From positions 1 through 39,903 of the forward strand of contig CAZJJC010000219.1 in the NCBI GenBank assembly GCA_964546195.1: a DNA stretch of 39,903 nucleotides, in the 5' to 3' direction. The notes under the pieces are model-generated. The model was not told where the DNA came from. It saw only the letters and a program-made list of their open reading frames with translations, and did no database searches. The DNA comes from an uncultured Enterobacteriaceae bacterium (GTDB taxonomy: Bacteria > Pseudomonadota > Gammaproteobacteria > Burkholderiales > SG8-39). Positions 1 through 9,199 of this stretch are shown piece after piece (the first letter of the stretch is position 1; every line of letters begins with the position of its first letter). The position numbers and the translations under genes are program-made.

Positions 1-495
1 GGCGAGAAAGCGCTCGAGCGGCTGGTACACCGGCGAAGCCCTGCGAACGCGGTTGGCCACCACGGCGAGCCGGATGTTGCGGGCCCGCAGCCGGCCGTTC
101 AGCAGCAGGTCGCGCACGAAGTTGGCGGTCGCATGAATGTCGATGGACGAGGGCTGTACCGGCACCAGGATGCAATGCGTCCTCGACAGCAGCTCCTGCA
201 GCAGCAGTCCCGTGGCGCCGGCGGGGGCGTCGATGATCAGCTGGCGAACCTGCCCGGGCACGTGCATGCCGAGGCTGCGCAGGCCGGCCTTTTGCGGCGC
301 ACCATTGGCGCCATGGATCTTGGCGGCATGCGAAGCGCGCAGCCCCAGCCAGTTGAGCGAGGAGCCTTGCGCGTCGTAGTCCATGATCGCCGTCGGCACG
401 CCGTTGACGGCAAAGTAACTGGCGAGGTTGGTGGCGACGGTGGTCTTGCCCGCCCCTCCCTTTGAGTTGATCACCAACGTGGCATTCGCTCTCAT
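1..495 (-). CDS. ParA/MinD-family P-loop ATPase (C-terminal end runs off the window)
   Basis: Absent from the ORF track because no stop lies in the window. The reverse complement from ATG 495..493 reads MRANATLVINSKGGAGKTTVATNLASYFAVNGVPTAIMDYDAQGSSLNWL..., with the deviant Walker A KGGxGKT of ParA/MinD/CbiA ATPases. Confidence 0.8.
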   Translation of the reverse strand, partial: MRANATLVINSKGGAGKTTVATNLASYFAVNGVPTAIMDYDAQGSSLNWLGLRASHAAKIHGANGAPQKAGLRSLGMHVPGQVRQLIIDAPAGATGLLLQELLSRTHCILVPVQPSSIDIHATANFVRDLLLNGRLRARNIRLAVVANRVRRASPVYQPLERFLA

Positions 496-614
496 GCCCG
501 CCGCTCCCCGCGGACTCGACTGAGCATCAGGGTACGAAAAACCCGCGGGTATGGCTGTTAACTAATGCCCGTCGGGGCCGGACACGGCCCGCAAATCGTA
601 GTCAGGACAGTTCT

Positions 615-1544
615 TCAGGCGATTCCTGCTTCATGCGCCTGCTGATCGGCGTGATAGGACGAACGAACCATCGGCCCGATGGCGGCGTGCTTGAAGCCCA
701 GGTTCTCGGCTTCGCCCTGGAAGAACCTGAAGGCATCCGGCTCGACGTAGCGCTCCACCGGCAGGTGATGCGGCGAGGGCTGCAGGTACTGCCCGATGGT
801 CAGCATGTCGACGTCATTCGCCCGCAAGTCGCGCATCACCTGCACTATTTCCTCGTCCGATTCGCCCAGTCCCACCATCAGGCCGGACTTGGTCGGCAGC
901 GCGGGATGAAGGCCTTTGAACTGCCGAAGAAGCTCGAGCGAGTGCGCGTAATCTCCGCCCGGGCGGGCCCTGCGGTACAGGCGCGGCACGGTCTCCAGGT
1001 TGTGGTTCATCACGTCGGGCGGCGCCGCGGCAAGGATTTCCAGCGCGCGCTCCATGCGGCCCCGGAAGTCCGGCACGAGGACCTCGAGCCTCGTTCCCGG
1101 AGAGGTTTTCCTGATTTCCGAGATGCAGTCGACGAAATGCCGGGCGCCGCCGTCCTTGAGGTCGTCGCGGTCGACGCTGGTGATCACGACATAGGACAGA
1201 TTCAGCCTGCGTATCGTCTCGGCGAGGTGGCGCGGCTCCTCGGCGTCGGGGGCGAGCGGCCGGCCGTGCGCCACGTCGCAGAACGGGCAGCGCCGCGTGC
1301 AGATGTCGCCCAGGATCATGAAGGTCGCCGTGCCCTTGCCGAAGCACTCCGCGATGTTGGGGCAGGACGCCTCCTCGCACACCGTGTGCAGGCTCTGCGC
1401 CCGCAGGATGTCCTTGATCTCGTAGAAGCGCGAGTTGGGACTCGCGGCGCGCACGCGGATCCAGGGCGGCTTGGGCAGCGGCGCGCGCGGCACGATCCTA
1501 ATGGTCTTGCGTGCGCCTTTTTCCTTAACCCCCGCTTCACGCAT
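615..1544 (-). CDS. lipA: Lipoyl synthase
   Basis: ORF 615..1601 carries [12 protein letters not shown] and the radical-SAM motif CTRRCPFC. Start trimmed to ATG 1544 (MREAGVKEK...), which overlaps the lipB stop by 8 nt. Confidence 0.93.
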   Translation of the reverse strand: MREAGVKEKGARKTIRIVPRAPLPKPPWIRVRAASPNSRFYEIKDILRAQSLHTVCEEASCPNIAECFGKGTATFMILGDICTRRCPFCDVAHGRPLAPDAEEPRHLAETIRRLNLSYVVITSVDRDDLKDGGARHFVDCISEIRKTSPGTRLEVLVPDFRGRMERALEILAAAPPDVMNHNLETVPRLYRRARPGGDYAHSLELLRQFKGLHPALPTKSGLMVGLGESDEEIVQVMRDLRANDVDMLTIGQYLQPSPHHLPVERYVEPDAFRFFQGEAENLGFKHAAIGPMVRSSYHADQQAHEAGIA

Positions 1545-2145
1545 GGTCGAGCCTCTCGATAAAGTGCCTGGCCAGCCTGTCGCCGACCACGCAAGGATCA
1601 TGCTGCATTCCGAGATCCCTCATCTGCGTCACGGCGAGGCCGGGATAGCCGCAGGGATCGATGGCGTGGAACGGCGAGAGGTCCATGTCGACGTTGAGCG
1701 CAAGCCCGTGGTAGGACCTGCCCTGGCGCACCCGGATTCCGAGCGCGGCGATCTTCGCGCCGTCGACGTACACGCCGGGCGCGCCGGGCCGGCGCTCGCC
1801 GCGTCCGCCGAGCAGATCGATCACCGCCTGCTCGAGCAGCGCGACGAACGGCTTCACCTGGATGCCGCGCCGCGCGAGGTCGACCAGCGCATAGAGCACC
1901 ACCTGCCCCGGGCCGTGGTAGGTAATGTCGCCCCCGCGATCGCTCTTGATGAGCGCAATGCCGTTGGGCACGCCGGGATGGCTTGCCCCCTGGCCCAGGG
2001 TATAGGCGGGCGGATGCTCCAGCAGCCACAGCTCGTCGGGGGTCGCCTCGTTCCTCGAGGCAGTGAAGCCGCGCATAGCCTCCAGCGCGGCGGCGTAGTC
2101 GAGCCGGCCCAGCCTGCGGACAAGGACTTCCTCGAGCGAAATCAT
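1537..2145 (-). CDS. lipB: Octanoyl/lipoyl-[ACP]:protein transferase
   Basis: 202-aa ORF with [13 protein letters not shown] and [12 protein letters not shown] motifs. It sits directly upstream of lipA and has an ATGA overlap with ybeD. Confidence 0.92.
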   Translation of the reverse strand: MISLEEVLVRRLGRLDYAAALEAMRGFTASRNEATPDELWLLEHPPAYTLGQGASHPGVPNGIALIKSDRGGDITYHGPGQVVLYALVDLARRGIQVKPFVALLEQAVIDLLGGRGERRPGAPGVYVDGAKIAALGIRVRQGRSYHGLALNVDMDLSPFHAIDPCGYPGLAVTQMRDLGMQHDPCVVGDRLARHFIERLDHA

Positions 2146-2357
2146 AGAACCATGACCACGGCCGGGTGGTCGCAGAGCTCGCGGTAGAGCGCGTCGAGCT
2201 GCTCGCGCGAGGTGGCGCGCACCACGCAGGTGATGCTCAAGTACTTGCCCTGGCGGCTGGGCCGCATCTCCACGGTGGCCGGATCGAAGTCGATGGCGTG
2301 CTTGAGCACGATGTCGGTGACGGTCTGGGCAAAGCCGCGCTCTTTCCTGCCCATCAC
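2142..2357 (-). CDS. ybeD: YbeD/DUF493 family small protein (true start probably upstream at a non-ATG codon)
   Basis: Track ORF starts at GTG 2357 (MMGRKERGF...VVMVL). The family-typical FPCDFPIKVMG strand lies in frame just upstream of that GTG. Position between a DD-carboxypeptidase and lipB matches the E. coli dacA-ybeD-lipB order. Confidence 0.75.
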   Translation of the reverse strand: MMGRKERGFAQTVTDIVLKHAIDFDPATVEMRPSRQGKYLSITCVVRATSREQLDALYRELCDHPAVVMVL

Positions 2358-2394
2358 CTTGATCGGAAAGTCGCAGGGGAAGGCTAGCGGCGAT

Positions 2395-3264
2395 TCAGGC
2401 AGAGACCGCCTCGCGCTTTCCAGCGCGCATCACTTTCTGCCTGAACTCCTGGTAGAGCTGATACATGCGCGCAAAAACGGGGCCCGGGCGGCCGTCGCCG
2501 ACGCTTGCGCCGTCGAGCGATACGACCGCCAGCACCTCCTTCGACGAGGAGGTGAGCCAGAGCTCATCCGCGGCGCGAACTTCCTTCTCCTCCACCTCCC
2601 TGAATTCGAGCGGCAGGCCGTTCGCCTGCGCCAGCTCGACCACCACGTCGTAGGTGATGCCGGGAAGGATCAGGTGGCTCTTCGCCGGCGTGAGGATCGA
2701 GCCGCGCTTCACCACGAACACGTTGGAGGCGGAAGCCTCGGTGAGCTTGCCGTCGCGAAACAGGATGGTCTCGGCAGCGGCCGCCTCGGCCGAAAGCTGG
2801 CGCAGGAGGCAGTTGCCGATAAGAGAAATCGACTTGATGTCGCAGCGCAGCCAGCGGTTGTCCTGCGCACTCAGCGCGGCGGCACCCTTCTCCACCAGCT
2901 CGGGCGGCGGCGTCACCAGCGGGTTGGACATCATGAACACCGTGGGCTCGGCGCCTTTGGGGAACGAATGGTCGCGCTTGGCGACGCCGCGCGTCACCTG
3001 CAAGTACAGCCCCTGGTCGTCGAACGGCTGCGCGTCGACCAGGCGGTAGAGGAGATCGCGCCATTGGGCGCGCGAATGCGGATTGCGGATTTTCACCTCG
3101 GCGAGGCTGCGCTCCAGGCGCCCCAGGTGCTCGTCGAGCCGGAAGGGCACGCGCGAATACACCGGGACGAGCTCGTAAACCCCGTCGCCGAAGATGAACC
3201 CGCGGTCGAGCACCGGGACTTTCGCCTCCTCGATGGGGAGGAAGCTGCCGTTCAGGTACACCAT
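2395..3264 (-). CDS. Class IV (D-amino-acid / branched-chain) aminotransferase, likely D-alanine aminotransferase
   Basis: 289-aa ORF beginning MVYLNGSFLPIEEAKVPVLDRGFIFGDGVYELVPVY, a typical fold-type IV PLP aminotransferase N-terminus. ATG at 3264. Confidence 0.8.
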   Translation of the reverse strand: MVYLNGSFLPIEEAKVPVLDRGFIFGDGVYELVPVYSRVPFRLDEHLGRLERSLAEVKIRNPHSRAQWRDLLYRLVDAQPFDDQGLYLQVTRGVAKRDHSFPKGAEPTVFMMSNPLVTPPPELVEKGAAALSAQDNRWLRCDIKSISLIGNCLLRQLSAEAAAAETILFRDGKLTEASASNVFVVKRGSILTPAKSHLILPGITYDVVVELAQANGLPLEFREVEEKEVRAADELWLTSSSKEVLAVVSLDGASVGDGRPGPVFARMYQLYQEFRQKVMRAGKREAVSA

Positions 3265-3274
3265 GCGCGCCCCG

Positions 3275-4423
3275 CTACTTGAGCCACAGCCGCAGTGTAT
3301 CCCAGGCGCGCCCGAAGATGCCCGCCATGCCCACGGCTTCGAGCGCGACCAGCGGATACTCCGCCACCTGCTTGCCGTCGTAGCTGACGCGCAGCGTGCC
3401 CACGCGCTGGCCCTGCGCCACGGGCGCCACCAGCGGCTGCTGCGAAAGCAGCTCCGCCTTGAGCTTGTCCGCGTCGCCCTTGGGCACGGTCACGATGATG
3501 TCGCCCTGGAAGCCGGCGTTCACCTCGTCCGCCGCGCCCTTCCACACGTCGATCGCCTTCACCAGCTCGTTCCCCTTGTGCAGCTTGACGCTGTCGAAGA
3601 ACTGGAATCCCCAGTTCAACAGCTTCTGCGATTCCTGCGCGCGAGTGGACTCGGAGGTGGAGCCCAGCAGCACCGAGAGCAGCCGCCGGCCGCCGCGGTT
3701 GGACGAAGCGATCAGGCAGTAGCCGGCCGCCTCGGTGCGGCCGGTCTTCACGCCGTCCACGCTCGGGTCCAGCCACAGCAGCCGGTTGCGGTTGGGCTGC
3801 GAGATGTTGTTGTAGCGGAACTCCTTCTGCGAGTAGTACTGCGCGTATTCGTCCGGGAAATCGCGCACGAGGGCCGCAGTGAGCAGGTAAAGATCCTGCG
3901 CCGTGGTGTGGTGCTTCGAGTCGGGCAGCCCGGTCGAGTTCACGTAGTGGGTGTTCTTCAGGCCGAGGCGCGCCGCCTCGCGGTTCATCATCTGGGCGAA
4001 CACTTCCTCGCTGCCCGCGATCGCCTCCGCCAGAGCGATGCAGGCGTCGTTGCCCGACTGCACCACCATGCCGCGGACCAGCTCTTCGACCGTGACCGGC
4101 CGGCGCGGCTCGATGAACATGCGCGAGCCGGGCGCGCGCCATGCGCGCCCGGAGACGTTCACCTGCTGCCCGAGGGCGAGCCGCTTCTCGCGCAGCGCCT
4201 GGAACACGACGTACGCGGTCATGATCTTGGTAAGCGAGGCGGGCTCTATGCGCTCGTCGGGCTGGTGCGCGGCGAGCAGCTGCCCGCTCGACAGATCGCC
4301 GACCATCCAGGAGCGGCCGACCACGGTAGGCGGCTGCGGGGCGGCAGCCTGCGCGGCGGCGGCGAACAGACACAGGAGCGCGGCAAGAATTTTTTGCACT
4401 GGGAGCGCTGAAAAGAGTCGCAT
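3275..4423 (-). CDS. dacC: D-alanyl-D-alanine carboxypeptidase (PBP5/6 class)
   Basis: Signal peptide (LLCLFAAAAQAAA) plus SxxK (ASLTK), SxN (QSGND) and KTG (VKTGRT) motifs. 382 aa. Confidence 0.9.
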   Translation of the reverse strand: MRLFSALPVQKILAALLCLFAAAAQAAAPQPPTVVGRSWMVGDLSSGQLLAAHQPDERIEPASLTKIMTAYVVFQALREKRLALGQQVNVSGRAWRAPGSRMFIEPRRPVTVEELVRGMVVQSGNDACIALAEAIAGSEEVFAQMMNREAARLGLKNTHYVNSTGLPDSKHHTTAQDLYLLTAALVRDFPDEYAQYYSQKEFRYNNISQPNRNRLLWLDPSVDGVKTGRTEAAGYCLIASSNRGGRRLLSVLLGSTSESTRAQESQKLLNWGFQFFDSVKLHKGNELVKAIDVWKGAADEVNAGFQGDIIVTVPKGDADKLKAELLSQQPLVAPVAQGQRVGTLRVSYDGKQVAEYPLVALEAVGMAGIFGRAWDTLRLWLK

Positions 4424-4436
4424 TATAAGGGCGCTG

Positions 4437-5246
4437 CTAACGCACTACGACCAGCGGCTTCAGGTTCAGTTGCGCCTCGATTCGCTGTGCGACCGAGCGC
4501 GCGTCGTCGCGCGAGCCGTAGGGCCCGACCTGCAGGCGCCACAGGTTGCCTGCGAGCAGCACCTGGGCCGCGTCCTTGAGCCAGGCGAGCTCCTGCGCCA
4601 CGCGTGCACGCAGGCTTTCGGCGTTTTCGCGCGTGCTGAACGCCCCGAGCTGGACATACAGTGCCGCGGCCTGCTTCTGCGGCTCGCCCGGCAGGATGCT
4701 CTCCAGTTCCACCTCGGCGTGGCCCGCCTGGATGTAACCGAGCTTGAGCGCCGCCGCGTACGACAGGTCGATGACGCGGCCCGGATGGAAAGGACCGCGG
4801 TCGTTCACGCGCACCACCACGCTGCGGCCGCTGCCGACGTGCGTTACGCGCACATAGCTGGGGATCGGCAGCGTGGGATGCGCCGCCGTCATGGCGTACA
4901 TGTCGTAGGTCTCGCCGCTCGCTGTTTTCTTGCCGTGGAAGCGCTTGCCGTACCAGCTCGCGAGGCCGCGCTGGCGAAACGGCTGCAGCCGCGCCAGCGG
5001 CTGGTAATCGCGGCCGAAAACGGTGTAGGGCCGGTTGGCATAGCGATGCAGCGGCTCGGCGCGCGGCACGGCGTCGGGCACCTGCGCCGCGTTCGCCGGC
5101 GGGTTCTCGTGCGGGCCGTCGTCCTTGTAATAGCCGCCTTTGCTGCGCGGCTCAGCCGGCGACGGCGCCTCGGGCGACGGCGCCTCGTAAGGCGGCGTGC
5201 TGGAGCAGCCCGCCAGGAGAAAGAGAAGAAATGCGAGGCGCTTCAC
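4437..5246 (-). CDS. rlpA: Septal ring lytic transglycosylase RlpA (lipoprotein, DPBB + SPOR)
   Basis: The C-terminal part of track ORF 4437..6029 is the real gene. GTG 5246 gives VKRLAFLLFLLAGCSS (lipobox LAGC). DPBB core GLASWYGKRFHGKKTASGETYD...RVNDRGPF and SPOR-like tail YVQLGAFSTRENAESL. GTGA overlap with the pyrC' stop. Confidence 0.88.
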   Translation of the reverse strand: MKRLAFLLFLLAGCSSTPPYEAPSPEAPSPAEPRSKGGYYKDDGPHENPPANAAQVPDAVPRAEPLHRYANRPYTVFGRDYQPLARLQPFRQRGLASWYGKRFHGKKTASGETYDMYAMTAAHPTLPIPSYVRVTHVGSGRSVVVRVNDRGPFHPGRVIDLSYAAALKLGYIQAGHAEVELESILPGEPQKQAAALYVQLGAFSTRENAESLRARVAQELAWLKDAAQVLLAGNLWRLQVGPYGSRDDARSVAQRIEAQLNLKPLVVVR

Positions 5247-6505
5247 GCTTCGTAGACCACGTTGCCCGCCACCACGGTGTAGCGCACGCGGCCCGCCACC
5301 TCGTAGCCCAGGAACGGCGTGTTCTTGCCCTGGCTTTTCAGCGTTTCGGCCGAGATCCGCAGCGGCGCTTCGGGATCGAAGATCGCGAGGTCGGCCGGCG
5401 CGCCGGGGGCGATGCGCCCGGAGGCGACGCCCAGGATGCGCGCCGGCTCGCAAGTGATGCGCGAGAGCGTCGCGGCGAGCGAGAGCTTTTGTGCCGCGCC
5501 CCACTTCAGCGCGAGCGGCAGCAGCAGCTCCAAGCCGGTGGCGCCCGGCTCGGCCTCGGCGAAGGGCAGGTGCTTGCCGTCCTCGTCGACCGGCGTGTGG
5601 TCGGACACCAGGCAGTCGATCGCGCCCTCCGCCAGGCCGCGCGCGAGCGCTTCGCGGTCGCGCGGGCTGCGCAGCGGAGGCTCCAGACGGCAATGCGGAT
5701 CGAAATAGCCCAGATCCCTTTCGGTAAGGTGAATATGATGGATCGCCGCGTCGCAGGTGACCGGGAGCTTCTCGTGCCTTGCCCTGCGCATGAGCTCTAC
5801 CGCGCCCGCGGTGGAAAGGCGGCAGACGTGCACCTGCGCGCCGGTGGCCCTCACCAGCTCGAGCAGCGTGGCGAGCGCGATGGTCTCGGCGAAGGGCGGA
5901 ATGCCGGGCAGGCCCAGCCGCGTCGCCACTTCGCCGTCGTGCGCCACCCCGCCCTTGGCGAGCCAGGCGTCCTCGACGCGCAGCCAGACCCGGTAGCCGA
6001 AGGTCGCCGCGTATTGCAGCGCGCGCCACAGCACCTGCGTGTCGGCGAGCGGCACGTTCGCCTGCGAGAAGGCGACGCAGCCCGCGTCGGTGAGCTGGCC
6101 CATCTCGGTCAGCGCCTCGCCTTTCAGGTTCACCGTGAGCGCGCCGATCGGGTATACGCGCGCCCGCGCCAGCGCCTTGGCGCGCCGGCGCAGCATGTCC
6201 ACCAGCCCCGGCTCGTCGAGCGGCGGATCGGTATCGGGCGGACAGGCGAGGCTGGTCACGCCGCCTGCGACCGCCGCGTCCATCTCGGATTCGAGCGTCG
6301 CCTTGTACTCCAGACCGGGCTCGCGCAGGCGCGCCGAGAGGTCGATGAAGCCGGGCGCCGCGACCAGGCCCCTGGCGTCGATGACGCGATCGGCTTTTTC
6401 CCTGAAGGGTTCCGAGATGCGTCCGTCGGACACGAAAACGTCGTCGAGCGCGTCCTTGCCGCTCGCCGGATCGACCACCCGAGCGTTCCTTATGTGGAGG
6501 CGCAT
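5243..6505 (-). CDS. pyrC: Dihydroorotase-like protein, probably the non-catalytic PyrC' type
   Basis: 420-aa amidohydrolase-fold ORF directly downstream of pyrB. The position that normally holds DxHxH reads GFIDLSARLREPG, so both His are missing. Confidence 0.85.
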   Translation of the reverse strand: MRLHIRNARVVDPASGKDALDDVFVSDGRISEPFREKADRVIDARGLVAAPGFIDLSARLREPGLEYKATLESEMDAAVAGGVTSLACPPDTDPPLDEPGLVDMLRRRAKALARARVYPIGALTVNLKGEALTEMGQLTDAGCVAFSQANVPLADTQVLWRALQYAATFGYRVWLRVEDAWLAKGGVAHDGEVATRLGLPGIPPFAETIALATLLELVRATGAQVHVCRLSTAGAVELMRRARHEKLPVTCDAAIHHIHLTERDLGYFDPHCRLEPPLRSPRDREALARGLAEGAIDCLVSDHTPVDEDGKHLPFAEAEPGATGLELLLPLALKWGAAQKLSLAATLSRITCEPARILGVASGRIAPGAPADLAIFDPEAPLRISAETLKSQGKNTPFLGYEVAGRVRYTVVAGNVVYEA

Positions 6506-6524
6506 CTGCCGTTGTGCTTCTTCG

Positions 6525-7475
6525 TCAATTTCCGGCCACGATGCTCATCACTGCCATGCGCACCGCGATGCCGAAGGTGACCTGGGGCAGGATCACCGAA
6601 TGCGGGCCGTCGGCCACGGTGGAGTCGATTTCGACGCCGCGGTTCATCGGGCCGGGATGCATCACGATCGCGTCCTTGCGCGCGAGCGAGAGCTTGTCGC
6701 CGGTGAGGCCGTAATGCTTGAAGAATTCCTGCGCCGAAGGCAGCAGCGCGCCGCGCATGCGCTCGTTCTGCAGCCGCAGCATCACCACCACGTCGCAGTC
6801 CTTGAGCCCCGCGCGCATGTCGTGGAACACCCGCACGCCGAGCGCCTCGACCCCGGCGGGCAGCAGCGTCTGCGGGCCGATCACGCGCACCTCGGGGGCG
6901 CCCAGCGTCGTGAGCCCGTGGATCAGCGAGCGCGCCACGCGCGAGTGCAGCACGTCGCCCACGATGCCTATCGTGAGGCCCGTGAAATCCTTCTTGTAGT
7001 GGCGGATCGTGAACAGGTCGAGCAGCCCCTGGGTGGGATGGGCGTGGCGCCCGTCGCCGGCGTTCACCACGTGCTCGTGCGGCTTGACGTGGCGCGCGAT
7101 GAGGAAAGGCGCGCCCGAGGACGCGTGCCGCACCACGAAGATGTCCGCCTGCATCGCCGAGAGGTTCGCCACGGTATCGAGCAGCGATTCGCCCTTGGTG
7201 GCCGACGAAACCGCGATGTTCAGGTTGATGACGTCCGCCGACAGCCGCTTGGCGGCGATCTCGAAGGTGGTGCGGGTGCGCGTCGAGGGCTCGAAGAACA
7301 GATTGAACACGCTCTTGCCCCGCAGCAGCGGCACCTTCTTCACCTCGCGCTCGGTGACGCCGACGAACGAGTCGGCGGTATCGAGAATCTGCAGCAGCAC
7401 TTCGCGCGGCAGGCCCTCGATGGAAAGCAGGTGCTGCAGCTCGCCTTTGGAGTTGAGCTGCGGATTACGCTGCAC
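6525..7475 (-). CDS. pyrB: Aspartate carbamoyltransferase catalytic chain
   Basis: [12 protein letters not shown] and HPTQGLLD motifs. 316 aa. GTG start at 7475, overlapping the pyrR stop by 11 nt. Confidence 0.93.
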   Translation of the reverse strand: MQRNPQLNSKGELQHLLSIEGLPREVLLQILDTADSFVGVTEREVKKVPLLRGKSVFNLFFEPSTRTRTTFEIAAKRLSADVINLNIAVSSATKGESLLDTVANLSAMQADIFVVRHASSGAPFLIARHVKPHEHVVNAGDGRHAHPTQGLLDLFTIRHYKKDFTGLTIGIVGDVLHSRVARSLIHGLTTLGAPEVRVIGPQTLLPAGVEALGVRVFHDMRAGLKDCDVVVMLRLQNERMRGALLPSAQEFFKHYGLTGDKLSLARKDAIVMHPGPMNRGVEIDSTVADGPHSVILPQVTFGIAVRMAVMSIVAGN

Positions 7476-7971
7476 GGGCGGGCTCGAGCGCCAGGGCGAG
7501 CTTGCCGTCTTCGCCGCGCTTCAGGCGCAGGCGCATCCCGGAGGGCACCTCCAGGCGCGCGCCGCAGTGCTGCGCGCAGATGGGCAGCTGCCGGCCGCCG
7601 CGGTCGGCCAGCACCACGAGCGAAATGCTCTCCGGGCGCCCGTAGTCGAACAGCTCGTTCATCGCCGCGCGCACCGTGCGGCCGGTGTACAGGACATCGT
7701 CGATCAGCAGCAGCTCGCGCCCGTTCACGTCGAACGGGATCTTGGTGCGCTTGGGGTCGTGGTGCAGCCCCTGCGCATGGTAGTCGTCACGATAGAAGGC
7801 GATGTCCATCAGGCCGAGCGGTTCGCGCACGCCGAGCCTCGCGTGCAGCCGCTCCGCCAGCCATGCGCCGCCGGTGTAGATGCCGATCATCGCGGTTTTC
7901 GCGCCGATGTGCGGCTCCAGCGCGCGCGCCAGCTCCTCGCAGATCTTCTCGGCGTCAGGCAGCTTCGGCAA
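7465..7971 (-). CDS. pyrR: PyrR bifunctional regulator / uracil phosphoribosyltransferase
   Basis: 168 aa with PRTase motif [13 protein letters not shown]. Conserved position upstream of pyrB. Confidence 0.9.
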   Translation of the reverse strand: MPKLPDAEKICEELARALEPHIGAKTAMIGIYTGGAWLAERLHARLGVREPLGLMDIAFYRDDYHAQGLHHDPKRTKIPFDVNGRELLLIDDVLYTGRTVRAAMNELFDYGRPESISLVVLADRGGRQLPICAQHCGARLEVPSGMRLRLKRGEDGKLALALEPARAA

Positions 7972-8353
7972 AGTATTGCTCCAGGATGAGCTGCGCGGCG
8001 ACCGAGTCTATTGCGGCTTTCCCGGCGCGGGTGCCGCGCAGCCGGGACTCGGCCTCGACCGACGAGAAGCGCTCGTCGATTCTCGCCACCGGAAGCTTGA
8101 AGCGCCGCTCCAGGCGCCGCGCGAAATCCTCCGCCTGGCGCGTCATCGCGTGCGCCTCGCCCTGCACCGAGGTGGGCCTGCCGACGACCAGCGCCGCCGG
8201 TCGCCACTGTTCCACCAGCTTTTCTATTTGAGAAAACTGCCCTACCGCGGGCAGCGGGTGCGCGCTGCGCAGCTCGGGCTCGCCGACCGCTACACCGATG
8301 CGCTTCAGACCAAAATCAAAGGCAAGAACGGTGCGCGCGGCCCGCTCAGGCAT
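7955..8353 (-). CDS. ruvX: YqgF/RuvX putative pre-16S rRNA nuclease (Holliday junction resolvase-like)
   Basis: Start trimmed to ATG 8353: [25 protein letters not shown]... The upstream part of track ORF 7955..8521 is out-of-frame overlap with yqgE. ATGCCTGA overlap with the yqgE stop. Confidence 0.88.
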   Translation of the reverse strand: MPERAARTVLAFDFGLKRIGVAVGEPELRSAHPLPAVGQFSQIEKLVEQWRPAALVVGRPTSVQGEAHAMTRQAEDFARRLERRFKLPVARIDERFSSVEAESRLRGTRAGKAAIDSVAAQLILEQYFAEAA

Positions 8354-8906
8354 GTCCCGCTGCGTCCTGCAGCCTGGCGAAGTCCACGCCCAGCAACTCC
8401 ATCGCGGCGGGCAGCCGCTCTTCGGCCGGCGTGTCGAAGATGATGCCGTCGCTCGCCTCGACGGTGAGCCACGCGTTCTGCGACAGCTCGTGCTCGAGCT
8501 GTCCGGGCGACCAGCCGGCATAGCCCAGCGTCACCAGGATCTGCTCCGGCCCCTCGCCGCGGCCGACCGCCTCCAGGATGTCCTTGGATGTGGTGAGGCC
8601 GATATGGCTGCCCACGCGCAGCGTCGATTGCCAGTTGCCCGCCGGCGAATGCAGCACGAAGCCGCGGTCGGTCTGTACCGGGCCGCCGAAATACACCGGC
8701 GCGCCGGCGTGCTCGTTGCCGCGCAGGGAAAGCTGCAGGCGCTCGAACAGCGCCTGCAAGGTCATGTCGATGGGGCGATTGACCACCAGGCCGAGCGCGC
8801 CCTGGTCGTTGTGCTCGCAGACATACGTCAGGGTCTTCGCAAAGTAAGGATCGGCCATGTTGGGCATGGCGATCAGGAAGTGATGCGTCAGATCGATCGA
8901 AGACAT
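8346..8906 (-). CDS. yqgE: YqgE/AlgH family protein (UPF0301)
   Basis: Start trimmed to ATG 8906: [45 protein letters not shown], the family signature. Confidence 0.88.
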   Translation of the reverse strand: MSSIDLTHHFLIAMPNMADPYFAKTLTYVCEHNDQGALGLVVNRPIDMTLQALFERLQLSLRGNEHAGAPVYFGGPVQTDRGFVLHSPAGNWQSTLRVGSHIGLTTSKDILEAVGRGEGPEQILVTLGYAGWSPGQLEHELSQNAWLTVEASDGIIFDTPAEERLPAAMELLGVDFARLQDAAGHA

Positions 8907-8965
8907 GCGGCCGCCCTGAAGTTTACTGCATGAAGGGGTGTTAGAGCCGCGCTTTCCCCGAAAGT

Positions 8966-9151
8966 TTAGATCTCGACCAGCTCGAAATCGTCTTTCCTGG
9001 CCCCGCATTCAGGGCAGGTCCAGTTCATCGGCACGTCGTCCCAGCGCGTGCCGGGCGCGATGCCCTCCTCCGGCAGCCCGGCGGCCTCGTCGTACACCCA
9101 GCCGCAGATGAGGCACATCCAGGTCTTGTACTGCACTTGGCTTTCGGTCAT
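8966..9151 (-). CDS. Rubredoxin
   Basis: 61-aa C-terminal part of track ORF 8966..9931: [22 protein letters not shown]...[18 protein letters not shown]. It has two CxxC pairs with the usual rubredoxin spacing. Confidence 0.9.
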   Translation of the reverse strand: MTESQVQYKTWMCLICGWVYDEAAGLPEEGIAPGTRWDDVPMNWTCPECGARKDDFELVEI

Positions 9152-9199
9152 CGACGACGGAAAAAGCGCGGCGGGTAGAATGGCCATGAATATTAACGC

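Noticed and set aside
133-465. Two overlapping + strand ORFs (110 aa and 80 aa) at the window start
   Set aside because: The opposite strand encodes a clear ParA-type ATPase (KGGAGKTT Walker A) starting at 495. The + strand ORFs have no motifs.
496-614. GGGCCG-GACA-CGGCCC hairpin (about 574..589) downstream of lipA as a terminator
   Set aside because: The stem is a short 6 bp with no T/U tract on the lipA (minus) strand. It could equally be chance in GC-rich DNA.
4437-6029. 530-aa ORF suggesting a much longer RlpA
   Set aside because: The N-terminal 260 residues are Arg/Ala/Gly-rich nonsense read from an alternative frame of pyrC'. The real gene starts at GTG 5246 with a lipoprotein signal peptide. 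The same reasoning was used to trim 615..1601, 7955..8521, 8346..9008, 8966..9931, 11906..13891, 25167..26435, 22454..24316, 32056..33483, 32448..35054 and 35099..36418.
6039-8231. 730-aa + strand ORF spanning the pyrC'/pyrB/pyrR/ruvX region
   Set aside because: It is antisense to four well-supported genes and its translation is a low-complexity Ala/Arg/Ser/Pro string with no recognisable motif. This is a typical high-GC shadow ORF.
9152-9199. TPP riboswitch expected upstream of thiD-thiE
   Set aside because: The rubredoxin-thiD intergenic gap is only 48 nt, too short for a THI-box aptamer, and no conserved CUGAGA/ACCUGA elements are visible.
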